This document shows, piece by piece, positions 20,801 to 29,540 of a DNA stretch of 64,000 bases (within the stretch, counting starts at the first letter, position 1; every line of letters starts with the position of its first letter). The translations under genes were made by a program, and so were the position numbers. Under the pieces are notes generated by a model. The model ran no database searches. It was not told where the DNA came from and was given only the letters and a program-made list of their open reading frames with translations. The stretch comes from Candidatus Cloacimonadales bacterium (GTDB lineage Bacteria; Cloacimonadota; Cloacimonadia; Cloacimonadales; DAONDQ01), in NCBI GenBank assembly GCA_963662275.1, contig OY759316.1, positions 1,888,001-1,952,000 of the forward strand, given 5' to 3'.

Positions 20801-21079
20801 CTAATTTCAATCAGAAAGCTGCATCCCGCACTTAGAACTGGTACTATTACACCGTTAGTAACCGATGGCATGGTATATGGTTTCTTAAGGAACTTAGATA
20901 ATGAGAATGTCATAGTAATTCTCAATAACGATATTACTGACAAGACAGTTGAGGTTCCTGTTGTGTTACCGGATGGTACTTGGACAGATGAAATGAATGC
21001 GAAGACTTATCAGCTTAAAGCCGGTAAAATGTCAATTCCGGTCTCTGCTATGAGTGGAGCGATACTCGTTCAGAAATAA
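17810..21079 (+). CDS. Lipoprotein GH13 alpha-glucan hydrolase (neopullulanase/cyclomaltodextrinase-like) with four CBM48 domains
   Basis: Lipobox LAGC; four DDG(Y/F)GGKNS-ending CBM48 repeats; GH13 regions DVAYNH, DGFRLDVPNE, VGEIW, NLIDSHD and MPNLN. Confidence 0.92.
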   Translation: MKNNLLKLILIFTGILLLLAGCAAVGMSEKSTPVQKKNQPVSIKTDGVSFSFVAPEAQNVALVGEFNKWDVNANPMKNEGGTWKISVPLAPGTYQYKFLVNGTDWKLDPTNTNSADDGYGGKNSLVTVGGTQTAQPAKAPAPVAKVANSNGIEFTFSAPDAKSVNIVGDFNKWDTNANPMNNVNGTWKVSLPLASGSYQYKFYVNGSDWKEDPNNTKSVDDGYGGKNSLIEVGTPTTPAAVTPPANTQGSAAPATKDTFPVKFEYKPLTGGSHTVFLVGDFNTWSSSDTPMIEKNGNYEVTLNLKKGKYGYKFFVDGNWVTDENAKDFTDDGYGGKNSLVFAGAPADINALRKVTFTYKGKGTEQNVHLVGSFNAWNQTATIMDKQPGGSYVMTLLLKPDQYTYKFVVNGTEWLTDPNATSSVDDGFGGKNSMIEVDDTYPKVTIAKGDGQILTYGITIDQSLENINPISEKQIEFKAKAHMNDVEHIDIVINEVTHSMAMVGDDGTFSYYRYVYNMKTKDEPLSYYFVYNDGTSKMYLERLVFQKDFDKTLLYEYPTASIQPFFTPDWAKNGIIYQIFPERFANGNTANDPDFKEWYYQGINVGPKPGSLLPSNKPYYHLIKDWYDISGLVKSPYHQGNQPDYNCFYGGDIAGIDKNIPYLKDLGITIIYLNPVTQGKSNHKYDATDYLSLDPHFGTEADFQKFVKDAHIAGIKIIIDVAYNHTGETHWAFQDGMKKGKDSQYYNWYEWKKWPLPSPMPAGDKESNYYDCWWGFGEMPNLNYDLKHVNSEENGFKDTSSVEPNTALVNYVLSASDYWIGKMDIDGFRLDVPNEVPFWFWEKFRAKVKSIKPDAYLVGEIWTNASDWVNNKYFDSVMNYAYFKDPVQRFIIDHKTSAKKFDQELKPGVMNYPVQASEVMMNLIDSHDTYRFLETAKGDVSKLKLAALFQMTWMGTPNVWYGDEIGMMGAKDPDCRRPFNWKYTEDQSKVALHDYYKKLISIRKLHPALRTGTITPLVTDGMVYGFLRNLDNENVIVILNNDITDKTVEVPVVLPDGTWTDEMNAKTYQLKAGKMSIPVSAMSGAILVQK

Positions 21080-21087
21080 ACTATTAC

Positions 21088-21111
21088 GTAGAGCAGGACG
21101 CCGTTCCTGCT
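21088..21111 (+). repeat. GTAG-tagged REP palindrome (family recurring in the 31-59 kb array)
   Basis: GTAG-AGCAGGA-CGCCGT-TCCTGCT. Confidence 0.75.
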
Positions 21112-21120
21112 GAATTTGCA

Positions 21121-21269
21121 CGTAGGGGTCTGCTGACGCGGACCCCTACGTTATATTTCATATCTCATCGCATCTAGTAAAAGATGGGTCTGCTGACGCG
21201 GACCCCTACGTTATATTTCATATCTCATCGCATCTAGTAAAAGATGGGTCTGCTGACGCGGACCCCTAC
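21121..21269. repeat. 60-bp tandem repeat (about 2.4 copies) built on REP-like palindrome GGGTCTGCTGACGCGGACCCCTAC
   Basis: Three palindrome copies with two identical 36-bp linkers, between convergent genes. Confidence 0.9.
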
Positions 21270-21270
21270 A

Positions 21271-21966
21271 TTACTTTGTGATGTTTAGTCTTTTATCCCT
21301 AACTACCTCAGCTTGTGATTTTCTAAGATACATCGGCTCGAGATTGGCAACAGCTTCAAAATCGTATTTCAAACTATGGGGGAACAACTCTAACAAACTG
21401 AATAATCCTGTAGCCATAGGTAAATGCTGATGGGGAAGAGCAGGATGCAAATCTAGTCCATCTTTTACCAATTCCTGCCCATATTTAAGGAAACCACTTC
21501 CCACAGCCAGAACAGGTTCTGTTACTAATTTCAGCAAATCAGATGGATCTATGGTTCGCGGACTCATCAATTCTTCCAAATCAGGGGAATACAAAGCACA
21601 GTAAATTTCATTCATTTTAGCGTCAATCATACTTAGTACAGGTAATTTACTGCCATAACAATTTGAAGCCAGCAGCAGTAATGTGGAGAAGGGAATAAGA
21701 GGTATTTCATTAGCCATGCAGATACCTTTTGCCGTTGCCAGTCCAATTCTTAATCCTGTGAAAGAACCTGGTCCATTTGCAACGATCAGGGCATCAATAT
21801 CCTGAATTGTCAGCCTATTGGTTTTAAGACAAACATCTACTTGAGGAAGGAGTGTTTCCGAATGTGTGATATGAATATCAAAAAAGGAAGCATATTTAAT
21901 TATACTATCCATTGTAAGTGCTATGCTTCCAGAAGAGGATGATGTATCAAAGGCAAGTATATTCAT
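21271..21966 (-). CDS. tsaB: tRNA threonylcarbamoyladenosine biosynthesis protein TsaB
   Basis: ILAFDTSS, HSETLLP, GPGSFTGLRIG, IDAK..E.Y and LEPMYLRKSQAE motifs. Confidence 0.95.
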   Translation of the reverse strand: MNILAFDTSSSSGSIALTMDSIIKYASFFDIHITHSETLLPQVDVCLKTNRLTIQDIDALIVANGPGSFTGLRIGLATAKGICMANEIPLIPFSTLLLLASNCYGSKLPVLSMIDAKMNEIYCALYSPDLEELMSPRTIDPSDLLKLVTEPVLAVGSGFLKYGQELVKDGLDLHPALPHQHLPMATGLFSLLELFPHSLKYDFEAVANLEPMYLRKSQAEVVRDKRLNITK

Positions 21967-22251
21967 AAATCCTGCTTTTTTTCGAAATAAAAAAGTGAAA
22001 GATGATATCAGTCAAGGGAAAAGTATTCAACTGTCAGATTAGATGTATTCTAAAATGAAGAGAATAACTTAAAAAAATATTGATTGACTAACTTTGACCA
22101 ACTCATCAAATTAAGTTTGAAAACGTTGACTATAAAAATACTTGCATGAAAGAATGGCGATTGTTAGGAACTGATAGCAATCCGAAGATGCTGTTATGAG
22201 TACTATGCTGATAAAAAATTGAATTCGATCGTTAAATAGGGGGCGGTTTAA

Positions 22252-24174
22252 GTGAAGATACCAAGTCGAATTTATACTTATATTTTTGAACACTCTGATA
22301 ATATGATCATTATCGCTGATGCTGATTTGAATATCTTAGACTGTAATCAGGAATTTTCTAAAGTATTTGGTAAATCAGATGAAGATTTACGCAAACTGAG
22401 TATCAAAGATGTATTTCCATCAGACATTTATTCTCAAATTTGTGATTGGATACAAACAAGTCAGGTTCAACAGGAAAACTGTAAAAGAGCTGAATTGGTC
22501 AATCATAATAATGAGGTCATTCATGTATGTTATAAATTATTGGGATTGGAATCAGAAGGTCAAAAATTTTACCAGATTCGCTTCAAGGACGTTTCATCGC
22601 AGAAAAAGATGGAAACAGATCTTTCAACTACAGAAGAGCATTTCAAAGTTCTTTTTGAACAGAATATTGTAGGTGTTTCAGAAATCGATTTAAAGAAGGG
22701 ACGATTTATTAACATCAATGAAAAATTCTGTAGTATTCTAGGCTACACTAAACAGGAAATGCTAGCCCTTCATTACCAATCAATCACTCATCCTGATGAC
22801 TTACCCAGGAATTTAGAACTAACTCAACAAACGCTTGAAGGGACATCAACTGGCTTTACCTATGAAAAAAGATACATGACGAAGTCTGATAAATTCATCT
22901 GGGTTTCTTTGACTGTCACCTCTGTGCCAGTTCCAGGCAATAAACGCAGGCGTTTTTATGCGATTATTCATGATATTTCTGACCTTAAGAAAGCACAAGA
23001 AGAAGTGAAAATTTACCAGGATAGAATGCAAATCCTGCAGGAAGTCGGACTTGTATCAAATTGGGAATATTATTTGGATTCTGATATGGTTTGGACTACC
23101 GAAAGCGGTTTTGCATTGATCGGCTACAAGCATCCTACAGGTGAAATGGATGTTTCGAAAATACTGGCAACCGTACCCCATGTAGAAAATATACATAAAG
23201 CTTTAGAAAAATTTATTGCAGGAAAGGGAAATTTCCAGATAGAGATGGTTATCAATCCTGCTGATGGTTCATCACAGAGAACTCTCACAGCTTCTGGTGA
23301 GTTAGTTAAGGATAAGGACGGTATTCCTGTAAAAATCAAGGGTGTGACTCATGATATTACAGATATCAGAAAGATTCAGAAAGAGCTTCAGGAGACACAG
23401 AATCAGAATTTAGTGCTTGCTGACTTAATTAATCGTTCATCCCAACCAATGGTTGTCGCATACTTCGATGGCTCCATTGGAATTCATAACCAGGCTTTGT
23501 TAGATTTACTCGGATACCAGGAAAGCGATGTTCCCTCGTTGAATTATATGTCACCAAATGTCACTCCTCCTGAATGGTTTGATATTAGGAAGAAAAGTCT
23601 TGATAAACTGATTCAAACGAACAAGTCGGTCAGATATGAAATTGAGTATTATCGTAAAAATGGTTCCAGGGTACCTGTTGAAATCTTTGCCGATATCGTA
23701 AAAGATGAAAACCACAATCCTAAATATTTCTATGCTTTTATTACAGATATAACCGAAAGAAAAGCTGCCCATCAAGCCCTTGTCAATAGCGTTACCAGTT
23801 TTCATAACTTGTTTGAACAAATAGATATTGGGGCTGCCTTTGTTAAGTGTATGCGCAACGAGAATGGTGAACCAGTTGATTATCGCATTGTTCACAGCAA
23901 CATTGCTTTTGAAATTTATACTGGATTCAAAGTTGGAGATGACATCGATCCTTTAAACAGAGAATTAACTGAAGATAATGAACCTCTTTGCTGGCATTAT
24001 TATAAACAGGTTTTCAATTCACATGTATCAGTCAAATTTGAAACATCAGTGCCTGTTCTTGATCGCTTTTTCCTTGTCAGAGCCTACCCAACTGAAGCTG
24101 ATTCAGATACGTTAATTACTTTTGTAAAAGACATTACTGATGTGAAATGGGTGGATACGCGGAATAGGGAATAG
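22252..24174 (+). CDS. Multi-PAS sensor protein without recognisable output domain
   Basis: About five PAS/PAC units ending KDVS, HDIS, HDIT, TDITERK and KDIT; ITHPDD motif; no HisKA, GGDEF or HTH motif seen. Confidence 0.8.
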   Translation: MKIPSRIYTYIFEHSDNMIIIADADLNILDCNQEFSKVFGKSDEDLRKLSIKDVFPSDIYSQICDWIQTSQVQQENCKRAELVNHNNEVIHVCYKLLGLESEGQKFYQIRFKDVSSQKKMETDLSTTEEHFKVLFEQNIVGVSEIDLKKGRFININEKFCSILGYTKQEMLALHYQSITHPDDLPRNLELTQQTLEGTSTGFTYEKRYMTKSDKFIWVSLTVTSVPVPGNKRRRFYAIIHDISDLKKAQEEVKIYQDRMQILQEVGLVSNWEYYLDSDMVWTTESGFALIGYKHPTGEMDVSKILATVPHVENIHKALEKFIAGKGNFQIEMVINPADGSSQRTLTASGELVKDKDGIPVKIKGVTHDITDIRKIQKELQETQNQNLVLADLINRSSQPMVVAYFDGSIGIHNQALLDLLGYQESDVPSLNYMSPNVTPPEWFDIRKKSLDKLIQTNKSVRYEIEYYRKNGSRVPVEIFADIVKDENHNPKYFYAFITDITERKAAHQALVNSVTSFHNLFEQIDIGAAFVKCMRNENGEPVDYRIVHSNIAFEIYTGFKVGDDIDPLNRELTEDNEPLCWHYYKQVFNSHVSVKFETSVPVLDRFFLVRAYPTEADSDTLITFVKDITDVKWVDTRNRE

Positions 24175-24808
24175 CAGAAGGTGACAGGTAACAGGTGACA
24201 GGTAACAGTTTCAGAACAGAAAGAGGAGTTTTCCAAGTGATTGGATTTATCCAATTGTATCGAGGAGACGTCATATGTGAAAGCCAATTATAAGTCTCAT
24301 GGAAGATAAAAAATACAAAAAAGAAACAAAAACTAAAGAAAATCTAAGGAAAATCTAAAAAAGTCTAGATGATCCCTAGATAATGCCTAGATGATGCCTA
24401 GATGAAACCCAGCTCAAAAAGAAAGTGCGAAGTAAGAGGTTCGAAGTCCGGTGTGTCAGGAGAACTGAATCACAGATTCAGTTCGCAGCTATAAGAGATA
24501 TGAGGATTTGGCTTCTCGGGAAGGTCTTACAGGAGAACTTTCCAAACCACCTGCTACTGCATTAGTAAAGAGCTTTTGTCGTGAGCGAGCAGGGAAAAGG
24601 CATAGTAAGATATGTCAGGTGCGTATTAAAGAGAAGAGTGCAAGCGAACTATTGTTGAAGAAGAATTTGCCTCGCACGCCGAAGAGGAATCAGCGTTCCA
24701 GATGATTCATTCTATCTCTCCGGTACATTTCGATACAATTTCTCCTTCTTCGAAATCACTCAATGAACCATCATATCTTCAATCTTCTTCAATCTTCAAT
24801 CTTAAATC
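24161..24808. repeat. Intergenic mosaic of heptamer tracts, 11-bp repeats and hairpins
   Basis: (GGAATAG)2, (GTRACAG)4, 43-bp hairpin module 24228-24270 (copy at 28888), (CTAGATRA...)4 at 24365, GAACTGAATC/GATTCAGTTC hairpin, AATCTTC tract. Confidence 0.7.
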
Positions 24809-25783
24809 TTAAATGACCCCTTTTACAAACTCTTCTCTCACTCGTTTTGCATCTCCGTACTTACCGAAGAGTGCCATGAGTTTCAGTCTTGCTTTTGGTC
24901 CTCGTAAATCTCCACCCAGGATGACACCCATGTTCTGCAAGTCAAATCCACCACCGATGTAACCATACTCGGGAAGGACTCTTCCTGTATTTGTACGGGA
25001 AACAACAACCACAAGAATACCGGCATCAAGTGCTTTGTGTATGGAAAGAATAAGGTTGGGTGGGAGATTACCTCTGCCAAAGGCTTCAATAACGATTGCT
25101 TTGGCACCGTGGGCAATTGAGCATTCAATATACCTGTCATCCATACCGGCAGTCGCTTTAATGAGATCGATGTTTGTTTCCAGATGATCTGTCTGAACGG
25201 ATTCACGGTAAAGCGCTTGTCTGTAATAGATCACCTTATCAGGATCAATAATTCCCAGTATACCATAACCAACTGAGTCAAAAGCATCCAGCTTTCCGGT
25301 ATCTGTTTTGACAACATCACGAGCAGTATGAATCTCATCGTTCATGACAACCAGGACATCCTTGTCTTTTGATGCTGCATCACTGGCAACACGTACGGCA
25401 TTGATGATGTTCCTGGGTCCATCCAAACCTACTTCAGAACCGCTGCGCATAGCAGCAGTCAGGACAACTGGTATTTTAGTAACTAATACTAAATCAAGCA
25501 GATATGCTGTCTCTTCTAATGTATCAGTTCCATGTGTAATAACAATACCGTCATAATCAACCGATTTCACATCAACCAGCTTTGCCAATTCAAACATCAT
25601 CTCTGGAGTCATGTATGGACTTGGGATATTGGCAAACTCCAATATTTCTATCTTTGCTACAGCATTCAATTGCGGAAAGGAATGCAGGAAAGCTTCAAGA
25701 TCATGTGTGGGGACAGTTCCTTCGGGGTCGATGGTCTTCATGGCGATCGTTCCGCCTGTGAGGATAATAAGAATTTTCTTCAA
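24809..25783 (-). CDS. ansA: L-asparaginase
   Basis: TGGTIAM, HGTDTLEETAY, DGPRN and FGRGN motifs; TTG start after GAGGT RBS. Confidence 0.9.
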   Translation of the reverse strand: MKKILIILTGGTIAMKTIDPEGTVPTHDLEAFLHSFPQLNAVAKIEILEFANIPSPYMTPEMMFELAKLVDVKSVDYDGIVITHGTDTLEETAYLLDLVLVTKIPVVLTAAMRSGSEVGLDGPRNIINAVRVASDAASKDKDVLVVMNDEIHTARDVVKTDTGKLDAFDSVGYGILGIIDPDKVIYYRQALYRESVQTDHLETNIDLIKATAGMDDRYIECSIAHGAKAIVIEAFGRGNLPPNLILSIHKALDAGILVVVVSRTNTGRVLPEYGYIGGGFDLQNMGVILGGDLRGPKARLKLMALFGKYGDAKRVREEFVKGVI

Positions 25784-25797
25784 ACCAATACCTCAAT

Positions 25798-26253
25798 TTA
25801 TTCGAAAAGTGCTTTTACAAGCGTTTCAGGTTCCAGGCGAAACACCGAGCCTTTCCCTTCAAAAAAGTGGTGTACCTGTATGAAATGGACGCTTAACGGT
25901 GTCCATTTAACAGTAATCTGGTTTGCTAGATTCGTTAATTGAATCAAACCTTTGGCGATTGCCCCAGTATGACCAAAAGGACAAATTATCTTTCCCCTGA
26001 CATAATCGACCTCAATCTTGAAGTGACCATCAACCAGTATCGATTCCTGGTATGATTCACCAGCAAGGTTCATCAGTTCCTGCATACGTTCAGCGATGGC
26101 TTCCGCAGTATAGTTCAGCTTAGAAAGAGCCATCTCATCTTCTTCAATAATCGCATGAAAATGTCTGTTATCAATACCTAAAAAACCAGAAAGAGTCAGG
26201 ACTCCAGGTTCCATCATGGATTGAATTTTAATCTCTTTTAGTGTCTGTTTCAT
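25798..26253 (-). CDS. Hypothetical protein
   Basis: 151-aa ORF with GAGGT RBS, tightly packed in the operon; contains CPFGH and HHFFEGKGS. Confidence 0.7.
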   Translation of the reverse strand: MKQTLKEIKIQSMMEPGVLTLSGFLGIDNRHFHAIIEEDEMALSKLNYTAEAIAERMQELMNLAGESYQESILVDGHFKIEVDYVRGKIICPFGHTGAIAKGLIQLTNLANQITVKWTPLSVHFIQVHHFFEGKGSVFRLEPETLVKALFE

Positions 26254-26265
26254 GTAATACCTCAG

Positions 26266-27276
26266 TTAAAAACTATCAAAATAAATCTTTTCTTTGGGAA
26301 TGCCCAATTCAGTCAATGCCTTTTGTACAGCATTGATCATACCTGGGCTGCCGCAAAGGTAAGCCTCGGTATTCTTTGGGTCACGTATCTTTTCTTGAAA
26401 AAATGTCATAGTATAACCCGTTTTTCCATTCCAATTATCTTCAGGATCAGGAGAGGAAAGCACAGGAATATATTCATAATGGGGGAATACGGAATTAAAA
26501 TGATTCATATAGTCTACCAAGTATAAATCCTTTAATGATTTTGCACCAAAGAAATTAACCATATATCTATTTGAACCGGTGACTTCTAAATGCTCCAGCA
26601 TCGCTTTAATAGGAGCTAAACCTGAACCACCGGATATAAAGAATACATCAGCTTGGGTATCTTGGATGATGAAATTCCCCCAGGGACCAGTCATACTAAC
26701 TTCATCGCCGACTTTCAAGTAATCATGTATCCATGTTGTTACAATTCCTTCAGGTACTTTTCGAACAATTAACTGCAAATGATCTTTCATTTCAGGTTTG
26801 GATGAAATGGAATATGCCCTGGTGGTGGAATGCGTTACCCTTTCATAGGTATGAGATTCTATTTGAACGAATTGTCCTGCTTGAAATTCAATCGAATCCG
26901 GTAACAGTATTTTGAATGTGATACCCCTTATATCATAGGTATAATCAGTGATTTCTTCAACCACTGCTATGAAGCGTTTAATATTGATAATAGATTCTGG
27001 GAGTAAAATACGTATATCATTTATTACTTGAACCTGGCAGGATAAACGTGTTTGATTTGAAATATCCAATGGGGACAGGATTACTGTTTCCCTGGGTGAT
27101 AATTCTCCACCCCCTTCTAAAACCTTACATCTGCAAGTTCCGCAAAATCCTCTTCCTCCACAGGCAGATGGAAGAAATATCTGTTTTTCTGCAAGTGAAG
27201 ATAAAAGCGAAGCTCCACCAGTCACAGTAATTTCATGTTCATTGTTGATGTTGATCCGATACTGCTTGTTATCCAT
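26266..27276 (-). CDS. 2Fe-2S/FAD/NAD(P)H oxidoreductase (NqrF-like, no TM anchor)
   Basis: SACGGRGFCGTC..RLSCQ, RAYSISS, GGSGLAP, YLCGSPGM and FDSF motifs. Confidence 0.88.
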   Translation of the reverse strand: MDNKQYRININNEHEITVTGGASLLSSLAEKQIFLPSACGGRGFCGTCRCKVLEGGGELSPRETVILSPLDISNQTRLSCQVQVINDIRILLPESIINIKRFIAVVEEITDYTYDIRGITFKILLPDSIEFQAGQFVQIESHTYERVTHSTTRAYSISSKPEMKDHLQLIVRKVPEGIVTTWIHDYLKVGDEVSMTGPWGNFIIQDTQADVFFISGGSGLAPIKAMLEHLEVTGSNRYMVNFFGAKSLKDLYLVDYMNHFNSVFPHYEYIPVLSSPDPEDNWNGKTGYTMTFFQEKIRDPKNTEAYLCGSPGMINAVQKALTELGIPKEKIYFDSF

Positions 27277-27471
27277 ACATACAACCTGGATAAAATATAC
27301 AATAGTTTTTCATGATTCCTCAAAGAATATTTTTCTTCATATTTAATCACTATCTTCGCAGAAAGAATAGGGAATTTGTCAATAAAAGAATATTTTGGAT
27401 TGTTAATTTTCCTTGACCAAATTGCCTGTTAAAAGAGGTATTCAATAATCATTCTCTATAGGAGTATTCTT

Positions 27472-28332
27472 ATGAGTAAAATCGCCATTTATTACTTTTC
27501 CGGAACAGCTAATACGGAATGTGTCGTTAAACTCTATCGTGACGAATTGAGCAAGTTAGGTAACCAGGTCGATATCTTCAGGATGGAAGAACCACGAGAG
27601 AACCAGGTAGATATCAATGTCTATGATATGATAGGTTTTGCCTATCCTGTTCATGCTTTCAGCGCTCCGCGTCTAGTTTTCAAATTTATTGAAAGACTAC
27701 CTGCCGGATTGAATAAACCTTGTTTCATATTCAGAGTGTCAGGTGGGTACAGTACCATCAATAATGGCTCTGCAATCTTCGTGAGAGAGAACCTGGTGAA
27801 GAAAGGCTACAAAGTATTTCATGAAAGTGCTCTGCTGATGGCTACAAACTTTATCGTTAAAAACTCTGACGAGGAAATTAAAAAGCTTTATAAAGTAGCT
27901 CAAGAAAAAGCGGTGAAATTCTCGAAAGAAATACATGAGCACACTAAGAGACTTGAAAAAGTCTCTGAATTCAATCGCTTGATCAGCCATCTTGCTGACT
28001 TCGAACATTTTGGCGGAAGGATGCTTGGAAAGTTTCACTACCATACAACCGCTGATTGTATTCTTTGTGGGAAATGCGTGCAAAGCTGTCCTGCGAAGAA
28101 CATATATCTTAAACACGAATGCATCAGATTTGGCTTTGAATGCACGCTCTGTATGCGATGCCTATATGTGTGTCCTGTAAATGCGATTAAAGTCAGGTTG
28201 TTTGATTTTATCAAGGTAAAGGACGGTTTTAATTTGAAGGCAATACTTGAGAATGATGCCATAATAGACTCATTTGAAAGGAATAACGAAGATTCGTTTT
28301 ATAAGAAATATAAATCATACATTGAAGCGTAG
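27472..28332 (+). CDS. EFR1-family ferredoxin (flavodoxin-like domain plus 2x4Fe-4S)
   Basis: YYFSGTANT, GFAYPVH, CILCGKCVQSCP and CTLCMRCLYVCP motifs. Confidence 0.88.
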   Translation: MSKIAIYYFSGTANTECVVKLYRDELSKLGNQVDIFRMEEPRENQVDINVYDMIGFAYPVHAFSAPRLVFKFIERLPAGLNKPCFIFRVSGGYSTINNGSAIFVRENLVKKGYKVFHESALLMATNFIVKNSDEEIKKLYKVAQEKAVKFSKEIHEHTKRLEKVSEFNRLISHLADFEHFGGRMLGKFHYHTTADCILCGKCVQSCPAKNIYLKHECIRFGFECTLCMRCLYVCPVNAIKVRLFDFIKVKDGFNLKAILENDAIIDSFERNNEDSFYKKYKSYIEA

Positions 28333-28371
28333 CAGTACTTCCTAAAGAAGGTGGTACATTAAAGGAGTAAC

Positions 28372-28839
28372 ATGGAACATTCCACTTTCAGTAATACCTA
28401 CCAGCATGTCAAATCTCCATCCAAGGTAGCTCTTGCCATAATGGAGACACCCGAAGGCAAATATAACCTCATCACTTTGAAATGGTTCATGCGTACTTCC
28501 ATTGAACCTGAAATGTTTGCAATTTCGATAGGATTATCGAGATTTAGCCATGAATGCCTGCAACAGGCTAAGTACTTTAATCTTTGCATTCCTTCAGAAG
28601 ATATGAAAGATCATACTATGTTTTGCGGTACTGTAAGTGGTAGAGTATCAAATAAACTGGAAGAAATAGGGGAGGAGTGGTTCCCTGGAAAACTGAATAA
28701 ACTTCCCATTCTAAAGAACGGAGCAGCTAACTTTGAATGCGAGATTGTTACCCAGGTTAGAAGTGGTGACCATACTATCTTCGTCGGAGTTGTCAAGCAT
28801 GCCTGGGTTGATGAAGATAAGAAGATGCTGCTGCTCTAA
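28372..28839 (+). CDS. Flavin reductase family protein
   Basis: SIEPEMFAISI, CGTVSGR..NK and FEC...GDHTIFVGVV motifs. Confidence 0.88.
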   Translation: MEHSTFSNTYQHVKSPSKVALAIMETPEGKYNLITLKWFMRTSIEPEMFAISIGLSRFSHECLQQAKYFNLCIPSEDMKDHTMFCGTVSGRVSNKLEEIGEEWFPGKLNKLPILKNGAANFECEIVTQVRSGDHTIFVGVVKHAWVDEDKKMLLL

Positions 28840-28840
28840 G

Positions 28841-28967
28841 GAAGTTCGAAGTTCGAAGTTCGAAGTGCGAAGTTGAAAAAAATCTAAGTTCTCCGAGTGA
28901 ATAGATTTATCTATTTGTATCGAGGAGACGACATTGGAAGTTTGAAGTGCGAAGTTCGAAGTAGCAG
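28841..28967 (+). repeat. GAAGTKC heptamer tracts flanking a 43-bp hairpin module
   Basis: (GAAGTKC)x5 from 28841; module 28888-28930; further heptamers near 28937-28962. Confidence 0.8.
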
Positions 28968-28994
28968 AATAAGAAATAAGCATAAGAGGATATT

Positions 28995-29495
28995 ATGGAT
29001 AAAATCATACTTAACAGAATATTAGCATTGCCTTTCAGTGCAGAGCTAACATTAGATATACCTGAATCATCAGTCAATTCGCTGATGCAGGACTGTCTTG
29101 ATCTATCCTATATTGAGGAACCAACAATTATCTTTCATGAGGGTTATTTCACATTTTCAGGGAATGTCAGTATGATAGTGACTTCAATCAAAATACATTT
29201 GGATTTGGAGATTCGTGGGATATTCTTTGATGGAACACAACTCATCATAGATTTCAAGGATCATGGAGAGACAATATCCGGTATTACTAAAATATTGAAA
29301 TTCTTAGGATCTATGTTCTCTAAAACGCTTTCTATTGAAGGAAAAGTAATTCGTATTGATCTTTCCTCCAAGATATCCAGCCTAATGGAAAAGCAAACTC
29401 TCCGAATGCAGAATATCATTAAATCTATTCGCCTAGAGAAACCAGAAATCACGGAAGGTAGTATTAAGTTAACTATGAAGAGAGAAGCGTGGTAA
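28995..29495 (+). CDS. Hypothetical protein
   Basis: 166-aa ORF with GAGGA RBS; no motif recognised. Confidence 0.6.
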   Translation: MDKIILNRILALPFSAELTLDIPESSVNSLMQDCLDLSYIEEPTIIFHEGYFTFSGNVSMIVTSIKIHLDLEIRGIFFDGTQLIIDFKDHGETISGITKILKFLGSMFSKTLSIEGKVIRIDLSSKISSLMEKQTLRMQNIIKSIRLEKPEITEGSIKLTMKREAW

Positions 29496-29540
29496 ATGTT
29501 ATAAATAACGTTTTACGACGCAATCTACTAAGCAATCATA

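Noticed and set aside
21121..21269. CRISPR-like pattern of 24-bp palindromic repeats with 36-bp spacers
   Set aside because: The two spacers are identical and no cas genes are present; it is a tandem duplication of a REP unit.
24508..24705. 65-aa ORF or ncRNA in the repeat-rich gap
   Set aside because: TTG start, no recognisable protein or RNA family motif; cannot be supported without a search.
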